64,000 bases of DNA from Macrostomum lignano (taxonomy: Eukaryota). How positions within the stretch are numbered: the first letter of the stretch is position 1; each line of letters opens with the position of its first letter. The translations under genes and the position numbers were made by a program. Positions 37,223 to 51,071 of this stretch are shown here, piece by piece. The notes below the pieces were generated by a model. It did no database searches and had not been told where the DNA came from. It saw only the letters and a program-made list of their open reading frames with translations. The DNA lies in assembly GCA_002269645.1 (NCBI GenBank), contig NIVC01000996.1, positions 62,001 through 126,000 on the forward strand, in the 5' to 3' direction.

Positions 37223-37917
37223 ATGTCCAAAGACAAGTTTAAACAATTCCAAGCGTTTACAAGCAGAAAGGGCTTCGCGTACACATGCCATCTCATTTCT
37301 TTTTATGAGTATCGTTATAGCAAGGTCAATATAAAACTTTTTAGGATGTGAAATGCTATTAAAAATAACGACGGTTATTTGCAAACTACTCTACTGAAGG
37401 CGTGGATTCCAGTAGGCTGTTGAGCGCATATGCATGTAAATTAAGCGTATATTATCGTTTACTTAATTTAAATAGCAACTCTGACACAATGGAACTGCGG
37501 GATGATTTTAAGCTCAAATTCATTAACAATGATCAATGGCTGTGCTGTGACTGCAGATTCCCATCTTCTATCATCTTCTTCAGTCTGCAGAGCTCAGCTT
37601 TCAATAGCAATAAAGCTGTACGCTTCTCGGCGCTTTTCTATAGAAAATATTTCATCCGCAATGCTTGTTACTGTTGTGCTGCCTCGCGGTTTCCATGGTG
37701 ACAAAGAATCACAATTCAATAGGATGAGCTGCAGTTGCGTTGCGACTTTAATTCTACCGCTTCTACCGATGCCATTCAATATAAAGAAAATTTTAGAACT
37801 TTACAATAGGCAAACTGGTCGAGACGACAGTATTGACTCGGGCAACAATTGGAGACTTCTAACAGGCTTTTACCTAATCTAAATGTTAATGTGCTGGTTT
37901 TTATACCTAGTTGTAAT

Positions 37918-38535
37918 ACAGAGGGGGAGGGAGATGGGGACAGAGATGGATAGGGAGGATGAGAGGGGGAGAAGGAGGAGACTGAGAGGGGGAGGGTAGA
38001 TGGAGAGGGAGAGAGAGGTGAGGAAGAGGGAGAGAGAGAAGAGGGAGATGGAGAGGAAGAGGGTGTAAATGGAGAGGGAGAGAGGAAGGGGGAGATGGAG
38101 AGGGAGAGAGGAAGGGGGAGAGGGAGAGGGAGAGGGGGGTAGATGGAGAGGGAGAGAAGAAGAGAGAGTGAAATGGAGAAGGAAAGGGTGTAAATGGAGA
38201 GGGAGAGAAGAAGAGAGAGAGTGAGATGGAGAAGGAGAGGGTGTAAATGGAGAGGGAGAGAAGAAGAGAGAGAGTGAGATGGAGAAGGAGAGGGTGCAAA
38301 TGGAGAGGGGGAGAGGAAGAGGGAGAGGGAGATGGAGAAGGAGAGGGTGCAAATGGAGAGGGGGAGAGGAAGAGGGAGAGGGAGGAGAGGAAAAAGGAGA
38401 GAGGAGGAGAGGGAGAGAGTGAGAAAGGGAGGAGTAGATGGAGAAGTGGAAAGAGGAGAGGCAGATGGAGAGGGAGGGGTGAGGGGGAGATGGAGAGGGA
38501 GGCAGAGAGAGAGAGGAGGGATATCGACAAGGTGA
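37918..38535. repeat. Second GA-rich low-complexity tract
   Basis: Directly visible. Confidence 0.9.
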
Positions 38536-39204
38536 GAGAGCATCGAATTGAAAAGAACACATGAGATGGAGACAGCTATAGAAGAAGTCGGAAAGGCAGA
38601 GATGGTGAGTATAGCAAATCGCAGAATTTGATGAGGCCACGTGAGTAAAAAAAACACAGAGTGGATGAAGGCTCTCCCTCAAAGTTGAATCCAAGGATTC
38701 TAAAAAAGTTGATCCCGGACAATGCAATCGCATACCTGAGGCTTAGGAAATGCATTAGCTAGGTGCAACCTGAGAAGAACCCCAATCCAAACCTTCATCA
38801 TTGTGTCGCACTCCCAGCATCCACCCCATGCTTGAATGCAGAGCACGGCTCAGCCCACCACAAACTTCCTTCAAAAGATTGTTCAGGAAGTTTGCCCCCC
38901 GGTTCTTCAGTTAAAACCTGCGCTATGCCGTGTGTCCCTGAGCAGCTGGGGCCAGATGAGAATTTGTGCTCAGAGCACTGAACTTCAAAGGGGAGCTCAG
39001 GCTGCTTTTACCCGGAAGAGAGCATTGCATTCATTTTTGCATTTGCGCGTACAGGGCATGTCAGTTGAAATTTTCCTATTTAATTCTGCACTACCAACAA
39101 GGAGAGAGGATACGTCGATAAGCTGATTTCAGGCATTATTAGAATTCTAACTGAGCTGCGCTGGGTTGAATGCACTGTGGCGAAATAGTGGATAATGACT
39201 CACC

Positions 39205-39279
39205 TATCTATGTATTCTATCGATCTATCTATTTATCTATCTACCTATCTATCTACCTATCTATCTATCTGTTTATCTG

Positions 39280-39329
<50 letters not shown>

Positions 39330-39340
39330 GATCTATCTAC

Positions 39341-39403
<63 letters not shown>

Positions 39404-39405
39404 CA
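39205..39405. repeat. (ATCT)n microsatellite
   Basis: About 50 tetramer copies. Confidence 0.97.
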
Positions 39406-39835
39406 AGCAATTATGCAAATTAGCAATCCACTCAGCTGCATTATACTATTATACTCTTCCATAAATAGCAAAATTTGTCAATCAAAATATTAAGACTCAG
39501 TAGACAGTGAAATCTCAGTCCTTCATAGTCACTTTTCATTACTATTACAGAGCTCCCATTGGTCCCCACCAGAATACACACAGCTGTATGCATAGATAAG
39601 GCAAAATCTCCGGCTTCTAAATTGACTCCAAGCTCGGTGCAGTTTGCCTGCTTTTATAGAAACCTAACGGCAAACAGAGCCGGCAGAAAGTACTGCAAAC
39701 AGTATTTTAAAAAGCAGCCGTTGACCTACAACTTTTCTAATAGAAAAGCAGACAGGCTATTTAAACTCGACTCAACAGTACAACTTTGTCGGAGACTGTG
39801 GGGTGCATTTTAGCCATATTAAATCTTAAGCCAGA

Positions 39836-42800
39836 ATGCCAATTCCACCGAAGCCGCCAGCTCTCAAGATCACGGCAGTGACTCATCAGTCTCTGGAGCT
39901 CAGCTGGGAGACGCTGCACGCGAAGCTGACTGGAGTCCTCAGCGCACAGGATGGCAAGCTTAAGTCTGAGGTCTGTTTTATAGAGTTGAGAGATGAGATT
40001 TACAGACAGAGATGCAGGGTGAGAGGAGAGAAAGTAGATATAGGGAGAGAGAGATGTAAGGGAGAGAAAGTAGATTTTGGGAGAAAGAAGATTTGGGAAG
40101 AGAAAAGATTTAGGCATAAAAATGTAGGGAGAGATGTAGGCATAAATGAGATACAGGAAGAGGAGATGCAGGGATAGATGAGATCTAGAGAGAGGAGATG
40201 CAGGAAGAAAAGAGATGTAGGCATAGCGAAGATGTAGGGAGAGAGAGTAAATGTAAGGAGAGAAATTTAGGAAGAGAGATGTAGAGAAAGAGGAGATGAA
40301 GGGAGAGAGGAGATGAAGGGAGAGAGGAGATGAGGGGAGAGAGGAGATGAGGGGAGATAGGAGATGAAGGGAGATAGGAGATAAAGGGAGAGAGGAGATG
40401 AAGGGAGAGAGGAGATGAAGGGAGAGAGGAGATGAAGGGAGAGAGGAGATGAAGGGAGAGGAGATGAAGGGAGAGAGGAGATGAAGGGAGAGGAGATGAA
40501 GAGAGAGAGGAGATGAAGGGAGAGGAGGCTTGCACTACCCTACCCACACACTCGATCCCAGGTGCAGGTGCAGCGCTCCGACCAGCCGCAGCCAGACAGC
40601 TGGGACGTGGCCTACAAAGGCTACGACACGAAGTGCACAGTGACTGGCCTGTCAGACAGCCAGTCCTACAGCCTGCGCTTCCGTTTCGGCGTCGACTCCG
40701 GTTGGGGCGAGTTCTCCAACCCGCAGTCGGTCAAAACCGCTCGCAGACTGTACACCGGCGAGGATCTGCATCGTCTGGTTCGACTGGAGAAACTGCAGGA
40801 GCTTCAGCGCGTGTTAGACACAGGCGAGGCCAATCCCAACGCGCCAGATGACAAAGGCTTCAGCCCCCTGATGCAGGCGGCTCTCGCTGGCAAGGCCGAG
40901 TCCTGTGAGATGCTCATCAATAGCGGAGCCCAGGTGGACTGGTGCGGAGAGAACGGTGAGTCAGGAGATTACCGATTTTATTCTGTCATCAGCTGACACT
41001 TGATTCAGCATGACGCTCTCTGACAGTTGATTCAGCATGACGCTCTCTGACAGTTGATTCAGCATGACGTTCTCTGACAGTTGATTCAGCATGACGTTCT
41101 CTGACAGTTGATTCAGCATGACGCTCTCTGACAGTTGATTCAGCATGACGCTCTCTGACACTTGATTCAGCATGACGCTCTCTGACAGTTGATTCAGCAT
41201 GACGCTCTCTGACACTTGATTCAGCATGACGCTCTCTGACAGTTGATTCAGCATGACGCTCTCTGACAGTTGATTCAGCATGACGCTCTCTGACAGTTGA
41301 TTCAGCATGACGCTCTCTGACAGTTGATTCAGCATGACGCTCTCTGACAGTTGATTCAGCATGACGCTCTCTGACACTTGATTCAGCATGACGCTCTCTG
41401 ACAGTTGATTCAGCATGACGCTCTCTGACACTTGATTCAGCATGACGCTCTCTGACACTTGATTCAGCATGACGCTCTCTGACACTTGATTCAGCATGAC
41501 GCTCTCTGACACTTGATTCAGCATGACGCTCTCTGACAGTTGATTCAGCATGACGCTCTCTGACACTTGATTCAGCATGACGCTCTCTGACACTTGATTC
41601 AGCATGACGCTCTCTGACACTTGATTCAGCATGACGCTCTCTGACACTTGATTCAGCATGACGCTCTCTGACACTTGATTCAGCATGACGCTCTCTGACA
41701 CTTGATTCAGCATGACGCTCTCTGACAGTTGATTCAGCATGACGCTCTCTGACACTTGATTCAGCATGACGCTCTCTGACAGTTGATTCAGCATGACGCT
41801 CTCTGACACTTGATTCAGCATGACGCTCTCTGACACTTGATTCAGCATGACGCTCTCTGACAGTTGATTCAGCATGACGTTCTCTGACACTTGATTCAGC
41901 ATGACGTTCTCTGACACTTGATTCAGCATGACGTTCTCTGACACTTGATTCAGCATGACGTTCTCTGACACTTGATTCAGCATGACGTTCTCTGACACTT
42001 GATTCAGCATGACGTTCTCTGACACTTGATTCTGCATGACGTTCTCTCGCACTTGATTCAGCATGACGCTCTCTGACACTTGATTCTGCATGACGTTCTC
42101 TCGTACTTGATTCAGCATGATGCAATTCATGGTTGTGAATTGCACGACAGCCCACCGGCTGTTTTTTACGTTCACACCAGCTCCAAACGAATGTGGCCGC
42201 GCATGCAATCGAGCCATGCAGGGATCGTAATTACCGCTGAGCTGCTCTGAGCTCCTTTAACTGACCTTGGTTAGCAGTCCTTGGATCCTAAAATTTCGCA
42301 ACCCCCCGCAGGCAAGACGGCCCTCATGCTAGTGTGCTACAGAGGCATACTGTCGAGCATCAGGCAGCTGCTGGATCGCGGTGCCAGCAGACTCAAACGG
42401 GATCGCAAAGGCTCCACAGCACTGCACTACGCTGTTGACGGCGAGAAGCTCGAAGCCATCAGCCTGCTGTTGAACTTCTGTCCGGAGAGCGATGCAATGA
42501 ACAGGGAGTCAAAGTCAGACAAGGCTCTTGTCGATGAGCAGGGTGAAGAACCTATGAGAAGCGAGTTGCTCTCGGCCAGAGACGCAAGCGGATGCTGCGC
42601 CATCGTGCGCTGCGCCATGCTGAAGAACAACGGCAACCCGGATGTGACGAAGGCACTACTCGATGCTGGAGCCAGCGCTGACGCGGTCGATGATCAGGTG
42701 AGTGCGTGGGGCTGCAGGTCCGCCACGACGTTGACATTCCACATTCGCCAAGCCATTAAACAGCCGACAAATTGTCTGCAAAACCTAAACCCTACCCTAA

Positions 42801-43527
42801 CCTAACAACCCTAAGCCTCTGAAGTTTTACCAAATTTCAAAATTCGTTGAACCACTCGATTGCGAATGATTTCGAAGTATTTTTAGTTTGTCGCCAACGC
42901 CCGTCAAAAAGCCTCCTATCTCTTGGTGGACCCTTAATTCTGTCTCGTGGTGGGCGCTCCTGTCTCTTGGTGGGCGCTCCTGTCTCTTGGTGGGCGCTCC
43001 TGTCTCTTGGTGGGCGCTCCTGTCTCTTGGTGGGCGCTCCTGTCTCTTGGTGGGCGCTCCTGTCTTTTGGTGGGCGCTCCTGTCTTTTGGTGGGAGCCCT
43101 GTCTCTTGGTGGGCGCCCCTAGCTGTCTCATACCTATGCAATACCTGCCAAAGAGGTGCCAAAAGTATACAGTTCCTCTTATTCGTCGAGCCTCGATGGT
43201 TACGTCCTTCATTTACTTACTGGGGGAGTGCAATTTTTCTGGGGCCATTGTGCGGTTGTCGGATACGGCCCCTTTCATGGCTCCCCTTTGTGCATACACA
43301 TGTCACTAGACCCAAACCTTTGCACACGCAAACACCCGCAGGGCCAGACGGCACTGTTCTATTGCGCAATGCACCGCCACTTGCGCATGGCGGAACTGCT
43401 TCTCAGCGCCGGTGCCGACCCAACGAGACCCAACATCAAAGGCGTCACGCCGACGGCCGTGGCTGACGCGCAGGAGAGCGCCGCGATGCGATCTCTGCTG
43501 GCAAAAAGGGCCGCTGCTTCAAGCTGA
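39836..43527 (+). CDS. FANK1: Fibronectin type III and ankyrin repeat protein, 4 exons (39836-39970, 40562-40955, 42312-42697, 43342-43527), ~366 aa
   Basis: FN3 domain PPKPP...VTHQSLELSW...YKGYDTKCTVTGL...YSLRFR is followed by LHR.V and ankyrin repeats (GFSPLMQAA, GKTALMLVC, GSTALHYAVDG, GQTALFYC). All junctions are GT-AG and phase-compatible (0,1,0). The architecture matches FANK1. Confidence 0.88.
40280..40525. repeat. 17-bp GA minisatellite (GAGAGAGGAGATGAAGG)n in FANK1 intron 1
   Basis: Directly visible. Confidence 0.9.
40993..42122. repeat. 27-bp minisatellite (TTGATTCAGCATGACGCTCTCTGACAC/G)n, ~42 copies, in FANK1 intron 2
   Basis: Exact 27-bp periodicity with no unique spacers. Confidence 0.97.
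42918..43116. repeat. 20-bp minisatellite (GTGGGCGCTCCTGTCTCTTG)n in FANK1 intron 3
   Basis: Same family as 8062-8462, but fixed for a C>T variant. Confidence 0.93.
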
Positions 43528-43599
43528 TGTCAAGCACTTCTGACGGTGAGATTTTTTGAACTCATCTATACGTATCACTGCGTGCGCATGTACGTGTAC

Positions 43600-44365
43600 C
43601 GAGATTCCCTGTTAGAGGAGATTACTGTTAGATATGAGATTCCCCTGTTAGATATAAGATTCCTCTGTTAGAGGAGATTCTTGTTAGATATGAGATTCCC
43701 CTGTGAGAAGAATCCTGTTAGATATGAGATTCCCCTGTGAGAAGAATCCTGTTAGATATGAGATTCCCCTGTGAGAAGAATCCTGTTAGATATGAGATTC
43801 CTCTGTTAGAGTAGATCCCTGTTAGATATGATATTCCCCTGTGAGAAGAATCCTGTTAGATATGAGATTCCTCTGTTAGAGGAGATTCCTGTTAGATATG
43901 AGATTCCTCTGTGAGAAGAATCCTGTTAGATATGAGATTCCTCTGTTAGAGGCGATTCCTGTTAGATATGAGATTCATGTTAGATATTAGATTCCCCCCT
44001 TAGATATGAGATTCCCCTGTGAGAAGAATCCTGTTAGATATGAGATTCCTCTGTTAGAGGAGATCCCTGTTAGATATGATATTCCCCTGTGAGAAGAATC
44101 CTGTTAGATATGAGATTCCTCTGTTAGAGGAGATTCCTGTTAGATATTAGATTCCCCCGTTAGATATGGGATTCCCCTGTTAGATGAGATCCCTGTTAGA
44201 TATGAGATTCCTGTTGGATATGAGATTCCCCTGTTAGATGAGGTCCCTGATGGATACGAGATTCCCCTGTTAGATGAGATTCCTGTTAGATGAGGTCTCT
44301 GTTAGATATGAGATTCACCTGCTAGATGAGATACCCCTGTTAGATATGAGACTCCTGCAAGGCAT
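43600..44365. repeat. Composite minisatellite of 14-20-bp subunits (GTTAGATATGAGATTCCCCT / GTGAGAAGAATCCT)
   Basis: Alternating subunits are visible immediately 3' of the FANK1 stop. Confidence 0.92.
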
Positions 44366-44624
44366 GAGATTGCCTTACTGGACATGCACTATATCATGTT
44401 ATTCAATATCAACCACTTTCTACATCTAACAACATTCTTCTAAATTTCAGAATTCGAAAAAGTTTAAAACCGTTGGAATAAACAAAAGCTGATCTTGTCG
44501 GAACCATCACAATGCAATGCACTGCGATCAAGTCTAGCAAATGTACACGCATAACTTATGAAGACAGACCTCAGAAAACTTTTCCAATCCCATAATAACA
44601 TAAAATTTTTATAACAAAGCCAAG

Positions 44625-44868
44625 GAAATATAACTGTTGCTAGGAAAGCCAGAACGGTACAGATATTTGTTGCTAGGGAAGCTAAAAGGGACAGATATTT
44701 GTTGCTAGGGAAGCCAGAAGGGGACATAGATCTGTTGCTAGGGAAGCCAGACGGGGATAGATATCTGTTGCTAGGGAAGCCAGAAGGATACAGATATCTG
44801 TTGCTAGGGAAGCCAGGACACAGATATCTGTTGCTAGGGAAGCCAGAAAAGGACATATCTGTTGCTAG
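44625..44868. repeat. ~30-33-bp minisatellite (CAGATATCTGTTGCTAGGGAAGCCAG...)n, ~7 copies
   Basis: Directly visible. Confidence 0.9.
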
Positions 44869-45257
44869 GACCACTGGATAGGTGAAAAGTAAAAAATAGA
44901 AAACTCGAAAACTTTTTACTCTTTAATAGAGTTAAAATTGAGAGATTTTATAGTGGGCGAGTAACTTACACTCGAAGAATTCTGATTTATTATATTTTAT
45001 ATTTCAATTTGTGGCCTTTAAATAAAACACAGAGCTTAATTGTATCGGTCCAAAAATACCGCGGGTAAAAAGTTTTCAACCTGAATAAATGTTGCACAGC
45101 ATACGAGTGCACAGAAAGCAAAAAAACAATGTTTTAGGATATATTTGACGCTTAATAAATCAAAAATTACTTTTAAGACACTTTTCTGCCACAAAGTGAT
45201 TTTCTCTCTTTCTAATCATATCAATGTAATTTTTTGTTTAAATGAAACCAAAAAAGC

Positions 45258-45409
45258 CCAACGCGCGCACAGACTTAGCCAAACAATGTCAAGCAAAGTT
45301 TTAGCCAATAATATCAGACAGGTGGCGCCCATCCGGTGTACTGGTGCGGACGGTTCCAATTAGGATTTTAACGCCGAGGCCTGTCGTCATACGTCTGGGC
45401 TCGCGCTGG
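45258..45409 (-). promoter_or_regulatory. SECIS-like element in the 3' UTR of selenoprotein copy 1
   Basis: Minus strand: AUGAC (45390-45386), GACAGG..GGCG, AAA, then CGCC.CCUGUC and UGAU (45316-45313), giving a G.A/A.G quartet. The outer helix CCAGCGCG pairs with CGCGUUGG. The core is near-identical in copy 2. Confidence 0.7.
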
Positions 45410-45574
45410 TTTTTTTATTTGTTTTTGACGAAATTCAATTCATGCTACTATTTAGTCTACTTACAGTAGAGATATACGTTTTTGACCGTCTATAAATTTG
45501 TTTATTCATTGTAAAAAAAGAGAAAACGCTCTTCGGAGAGATTGTAAATGAAAAGTTAATAGCGAAGCACAGCA

Positions 45575-45842
45575 TTACAGCAGATTACATCCGGGACTTT
45601 GAGAATCTTCCAGTACGTTAGGATCGTCGCCATTTGTAGCTCGCTTCACCTGTTCGACAACCTGATTTTCATCAGGAAAGCCGTGCAGCTTCAGCTTGGA
45701 GAAAATCAGCTGGCCATTGATTGTCACCTCGAAGCTGCCCCGGCGACCATCGTGACCGGAGATCTGAACCCCGCTGGGGCACGCGCTGAGAATAGCTCTG
45801 CGCAGGTGCTCATAGCGGGGTTCGTAGCCTCATCCGCTGCCA
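45575..45842 (-). CDS. MIEN1: SelW2/MIEN1-like (Rdx family) selenoprotein, main exon, in-frame UGA=Sec at 45832-45830; exon 1 not located
   Basis: After the acceptor CAATGCAG the exon reads GSG-U-GYEPRYEHLRRAILSACPSGVQISGHDGRRGSFEVTINGQLIFSKLKLHGFPDENQVVEQVKRATNGDDPNVLEDSQSPGCNLL*. This matches SelW2 UGYEPRY, G+FE++ING.L+FSKL..GFP and the CaaX end. Confidence 0.85.
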
Positions 45843-48800
45843 CTGCATTGGGTGAAATTGGGATAACCAGTAAGGATATATGCTCAATAAAAATCGCAAC
45901 TGGGTAAACGGCAGGAGTAACTATGACTGTGCTTCTCCAGTAAAATGCCTCGGCATCTAACTAAGCAAAGACTGGCTTCAACCCTTCAAATATGATTTGA
46001 AGCTATTAATATTACTTATTGCTTTTGATTGCAGATTGTCACAATCACATATTTGTTTTTTCTTAATTTGCTTTCTTTCCTTTTCTTCCCTTGCTTTTTC
46101 TTGGGTTGGCCATTTTTGCAACTTACCTTTCTTGGCATCTCATTACTTGGCTATATTAGCTAGATTGGCCAGGTGTTGCAAATGTATAATTCTAAAACAA
46201 TTTCAATACTTCATAAACTATATTCAAACATTCTAAAAGGTAATCAATATTATAAATTTTTTATACATTTTATAAATAATATAATATGTTTAGGATATAA
46301 AATTATTAATTGTAAAACTTATCTAATAGAATTAATTCATTATATGCTAGTGTGGTAGGGCTTTGAACATTACTACAAATTCAATTACTAATACATGATA
46401 TTTTAATTAATAACTTCAAGAATGTTACCAGTTCTGCATGAAATGATCAATACAAATATACAACAAAAATTAATTATTTGTTTAGACATTTATTTTTTGC
46501 ACCACAATTTTTGATATCAAGTACTATGTATACAAATCAAATTCTTATCCTTGCCAATCAAAATCATATCCTTATTGCCCCAGATCATGTTAAGGCTTTT
46601 GTGGCCCTGCTTTTGTATTGGCTCCCACTCAGCCTGATCTCTTATGTCAATAGGCTAGACTATTACCTAGCTTAGCTCATAATACAAAGCTTATATAATT
46701 TACAGTGGCTGGATTGACCAGGTTAGCCAGCAGTTGCGCATATATGGCTTATAAGCTATTAGCTAGAGTCAATAAGCAAATTTTCTCTGGTATACATTAG
46801 GCCTATACTAATATATGATCTTGACACTAGTATTTACATAAGTCTTAGCCCAAACTCTGGATCATATAGTATACACCCAAAAATTAAGGTGTGCATTGGC
46901 CTTGTATGCAGTGTTAGGCACCAGTCCATTAATAAGCATCTATCCATAAATAAGCACTAAGATTTTTCATTAACATTAATAGACTGCCATTAAGATTTTT
47001 TTGCACTAATGGATTAACAAATTTGCATTAATAATATCCCTTATTCATCCTTAACATTAATGGCAATGTCAATGACCAAGGATGCAAAAAAGAACAAAAA
47101 TATAAATCTGGCAAGAAGTTACATTGCAGTATGTATTTCAATTTACCTAAATACATATTTAACATTTTTGTTTTTAACAATGATGATGCAAATATAATAA
47201 CTTCTTACTAATGAACTTTAATAATGAATTAAAATTATGTTATTGCTTGTGCATGAGCATCAATTACTTTGATTCACTTCTTTCCCAATTTTTTCTTAAC
47301 TTTCTGCTGCACTTACTAATGCTATTGAAACAACCTTTATATTTGTATTTTATTATTAATCAATTAGCTTTCAAGTTTCAAATAAATGAGTTACGTCTTA
47401 CCTTTTTACCATATGCTTATTTTTAGTAGTATTATATAAATATGGACATGCGTGGTACATTGCGGTTAGGGCTACTGGTTTTCTATTGCTAAGGTTTTAG
47501 ATTTTGGTAGATTTGCTGCCACCAGGCTTCCTGCTTCCCTATTTCTATTAATTTAGTGATAAGGAGTGACACAGGAAAACCAAAATATTTAACAAAACTT
47601 TTTTATTTCAAAAAAAGAAAAGAAAATCAGCATGCAATGGTTATTGTTACTTTACTTGTGGGAAAAGCTAGGCATTGACTACCTTGTAGTGTACTATTGT
47701 TGGCATCGACTACCTCTAACAGTTTTACGTATTTCCTAATATTTTTCCTGCCTCTTACCTTTCCTAATTTGAGACTTCGTGAGTCCGCAAACGAACGAAT
47801 CTGCTTCCCAAGCAGTAACAGTAACAGTAATAAGTATTTGGCACCTCAGCCATTGATTAGGCTTTTACACCACTAGATATAAATTAATTCCAGGTTGGGA
47901 GTGTACTTATGTACACTGAGATCCTAATTGGAGCTAAGAGGACTGTACAAAGGGCAATTGACAAATCAAAAACCTCCCTGGGGGACAGTGACAGCGGAAG
48001 GACGTACCGGTCAGGAATCCCATGGGTTAGAAAAGCCAAAAACCGGTCATATGACCGCCCCCACGGCCGTGGCAGCCCGAATGAGCCTCCCCCCAACTAA
48101 ACCCCGGGTACTCTTGCCAGACAGTCTCTTATCTTTGAAGCGGCAGGAGGGCTAATCGCCGGGACTATTTCACCCTTTGCTTCGCCAACCCACCATTTCT
48201 ATAGTGACCATGCCAACAGTCTCGTCCTGCTCAGACTCAGTCCTGGTTCTGGCACACTCCAGCTATAATAGGGTCGCTGGCTGTTTGCTCAGAGGGCACT
48301 TGAAGGAGACCGTCAAAGCACCAACTGGAACAGGTATAGGCCTGCCTTCCTATACAGCTACCCACAGCCCTTCCCAATCCACTATTACCCTCCAACCCAG
48401 CCTACTCACTCATTACAAGCTTTCAGCCAGGAAGAGACAAGTTTCACAGGGGTACTGCGGTTAGGCGCCTCTATGCGAGACAAAACCACAGCCTCACGGT
48501 GATTTGAGACTAATCTTCCCAAGCCCCAAACTGCTCTATACTTCTAAGGAATCCCGAAAACTAGCGCTTTTCCCCCGCTCTAATTACTTTCCTAAACCTA
48601 AACTACTGACAGTAGGCAAAAAGCATATCTGCTTTGCTACTAATTCCCATTCCTAAAATACTGCCCTACTACACATACAAGTTTTTTAAATTATTATTTT
48701 TTACTTTCTTAGCTTATAAATCCCTTAAATGATCTCAGTGTTTTGCTAAAAGGTAGAAAAGCAGACAGTATATTATGAAGTCTGTTTTGCAAGATTTCTG

Positions 48801-50959
48801 TATTTTCTGTGGTAACTTTAACAGATTAACACTTAATAACAATTATCAGTTAAATTTTAGTTAATTTAACAAAATTAAAAGTGAATAGGTTAAGATTTCT
48901 TTGTTTTAACACTAATGCTTTTGCCATTAACAAAGTTAAGATTTTCATTAATAGTGCCCAACACTGCTTGCATGCCAAAAGTAGGCATGTACAGTTGGTG
49001 TACATCACTATTAAGAAAATAGTATGCATGCATACCTGGTATATATTTTATAGAATCATAGAAAAGTTATTATAAAGTAGAATATAAAAAAGGTCACTTA
49101 ATGTCGCAAAATCAGCTTAGTTTTGAGAATAGGTGTGCACTCTATTTTTTGGCATGCATTTATATATTTAATTTTTGTTAGGGCATGAATGATCAAGACT
49201 ATGGTTCTTAGCAAGTAAATAAACTTTGTTTATCTATAAAATTAATGTACTACACTCAATTTTCTGGCATACATTTGTAATTATTCAAGTTTTATTTGGG
49301 TATGCACCTAGCATGATCTAGACGGTATCTACTCTTTTTGATGCCTGTGCTTTTTGTTGCCCTACATTTTGGTACCCCGGTTTGCTTTTTGGTGCCTAAA
49401 TTATAAATTAGAGTTAACACAAAAATATAAAAAATGAGCCCTATTTAGCAGTAAGTGCTTTGCTTTGTAGTACTTATTTACTTAATAACTAAGGTATTCA
49501 TTTTGTTAAGCTGACCTGTTATTTAAATGAAGAAATGGTCTTGTTTTATTTTTAATTTTTTCTCTCAATTTGATTTTTAAGAAATAAAACAGGATCATGT
49601 GACTCAAGAAATCAATACTAGAATAGATTTGTGCCATTCCATAATTTTGATCAAAACTACATTTAGCATTATTGATAAATTTCATCTTTATTTAAATAAC
49701 TCTTTTAAGCATGCATGCTAAGTGCAGCCTTGTAATTATAATAAAGGATTCAGAAAATGCATGCAATTAAATTAATTCAACTTTTCAAAATTAAAAAAAC
49801 ATGCCAATTTAACAAAATGGATAGGCTTACTAGATTACTGCTTTTATTAGAAATACTAAATGTTTTGTAAAGTATTTATTATATTTGCTATTAGATTACT
49901 TTTTATTATTATTTAGGCATCATAAACTAGGGCACTGAAAAGAAATCTGGAGTACCAAAATGCTAGGCACCAAAATGCATTGAAACTATTCCGATTAGGT
50001 AGGCCTATGGTTCTTAGCAAGTAAACATACATGCGCAACTTTGGGAATCACTTGGCTGTTTCTATTGGCAACACACATGTAAGTAACTATTGGCTAAGAT
50101 AGTCACGTGACTACTATAGAGATGTTCTAAAAGAGAATTTTCTGTCGAAATTGAAATTGAAATTGAAATTCACTACTTTCTGAAATTGAAATCAAAATTT
50201 TCCAAAATCAAAATTCAGAAAAACAAAGTTTAATACAACCGACACTCACTTTTCTACTTTCGATTTACTGCTCATGCAAAACAAAATATATGTATGTTTA
50301 GCAGAAGTTTGTTTATTTTCAGCCACTAAATAAGTAGAATCTTTCATTGCCACTTTAAAATGAAAAAAAATTTTTCGACGCGAAAACAGCATATACTGAG
50401 TTGTACATGTATAAAATATACAGTTAAAATGTACATGTATCACTGCATGACTAACAATAACTGAGACTGTTTAAACGATAATGCATGTATATATACGGTA
50501 AATGTACATATATATACTGTAAAATGTGAAAAATATGCAATATATCAGTAGACACTTTTGCAGCTTTAAAGTGCCACAAAATGGCGCATGACCAAGATGG
50601 CCACACACCAAGATGGACACAGCTCTGAATGGCTGCTTGGATAGGAATAGGTCTATTTTTCCTCATTTCCTATTGGCTGTGATTGGGGTGGGGTATGACG
50701 TAGCTTCAAGTCTCGGAGAAGACAGATTTCGTTAGTGAAATTAGACTAAGTAAAACAAAAAACACTTCCCTTTACAGTAGGTATTACTACCTACTAAAGC
50801 TAGTAGCACTACTAGCACAAGACATTTGATTTTTGTTTCATGGATAATAGTTTCAAACGTATCTCCATATACTAAAACTGACGTGTTGTTTGTATATGTT
50901 AAAAGTTAAAGGTAGAGGGTAAAGGTATTAGTTATGATAGAAGTAAGCAAAAATTGGAG

Positions 50960-51032
50960 TGCCTCTTGTCTCACATCTCTGCACTCTTGTCTCTTTTCTT
51001 TTCTCTGTCACTTCTGCCCTCTCGTCTCTAAT

Positions 51033-51071
<39 letters not shown>

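Noticed and set aside
36291-38733. Many 100-340 aa ORFs (PSPS, LSLS, ERER)
   Set aside because: These are translations of GA/CT low-complexity tracts, open in several frames on both strands. The same applies to 50934-51641 and 39170-39493.
40961-42217. 418-aa and 388-aa repeat ORFs, or a CRISPR-like array
   Set aside because: This is a head-to-tail 27-bp repeat with no unique spacers and no cas genes. It lies antisense inside a phase-consistent FANK1 intron.
45323-45331. LTR primer-binding site TGGCGCCC (also 59965)
   Set aside because: There is no adjacent LTR end. The bases form the 3' strand of the SECIS-like helix on the opposite strand.
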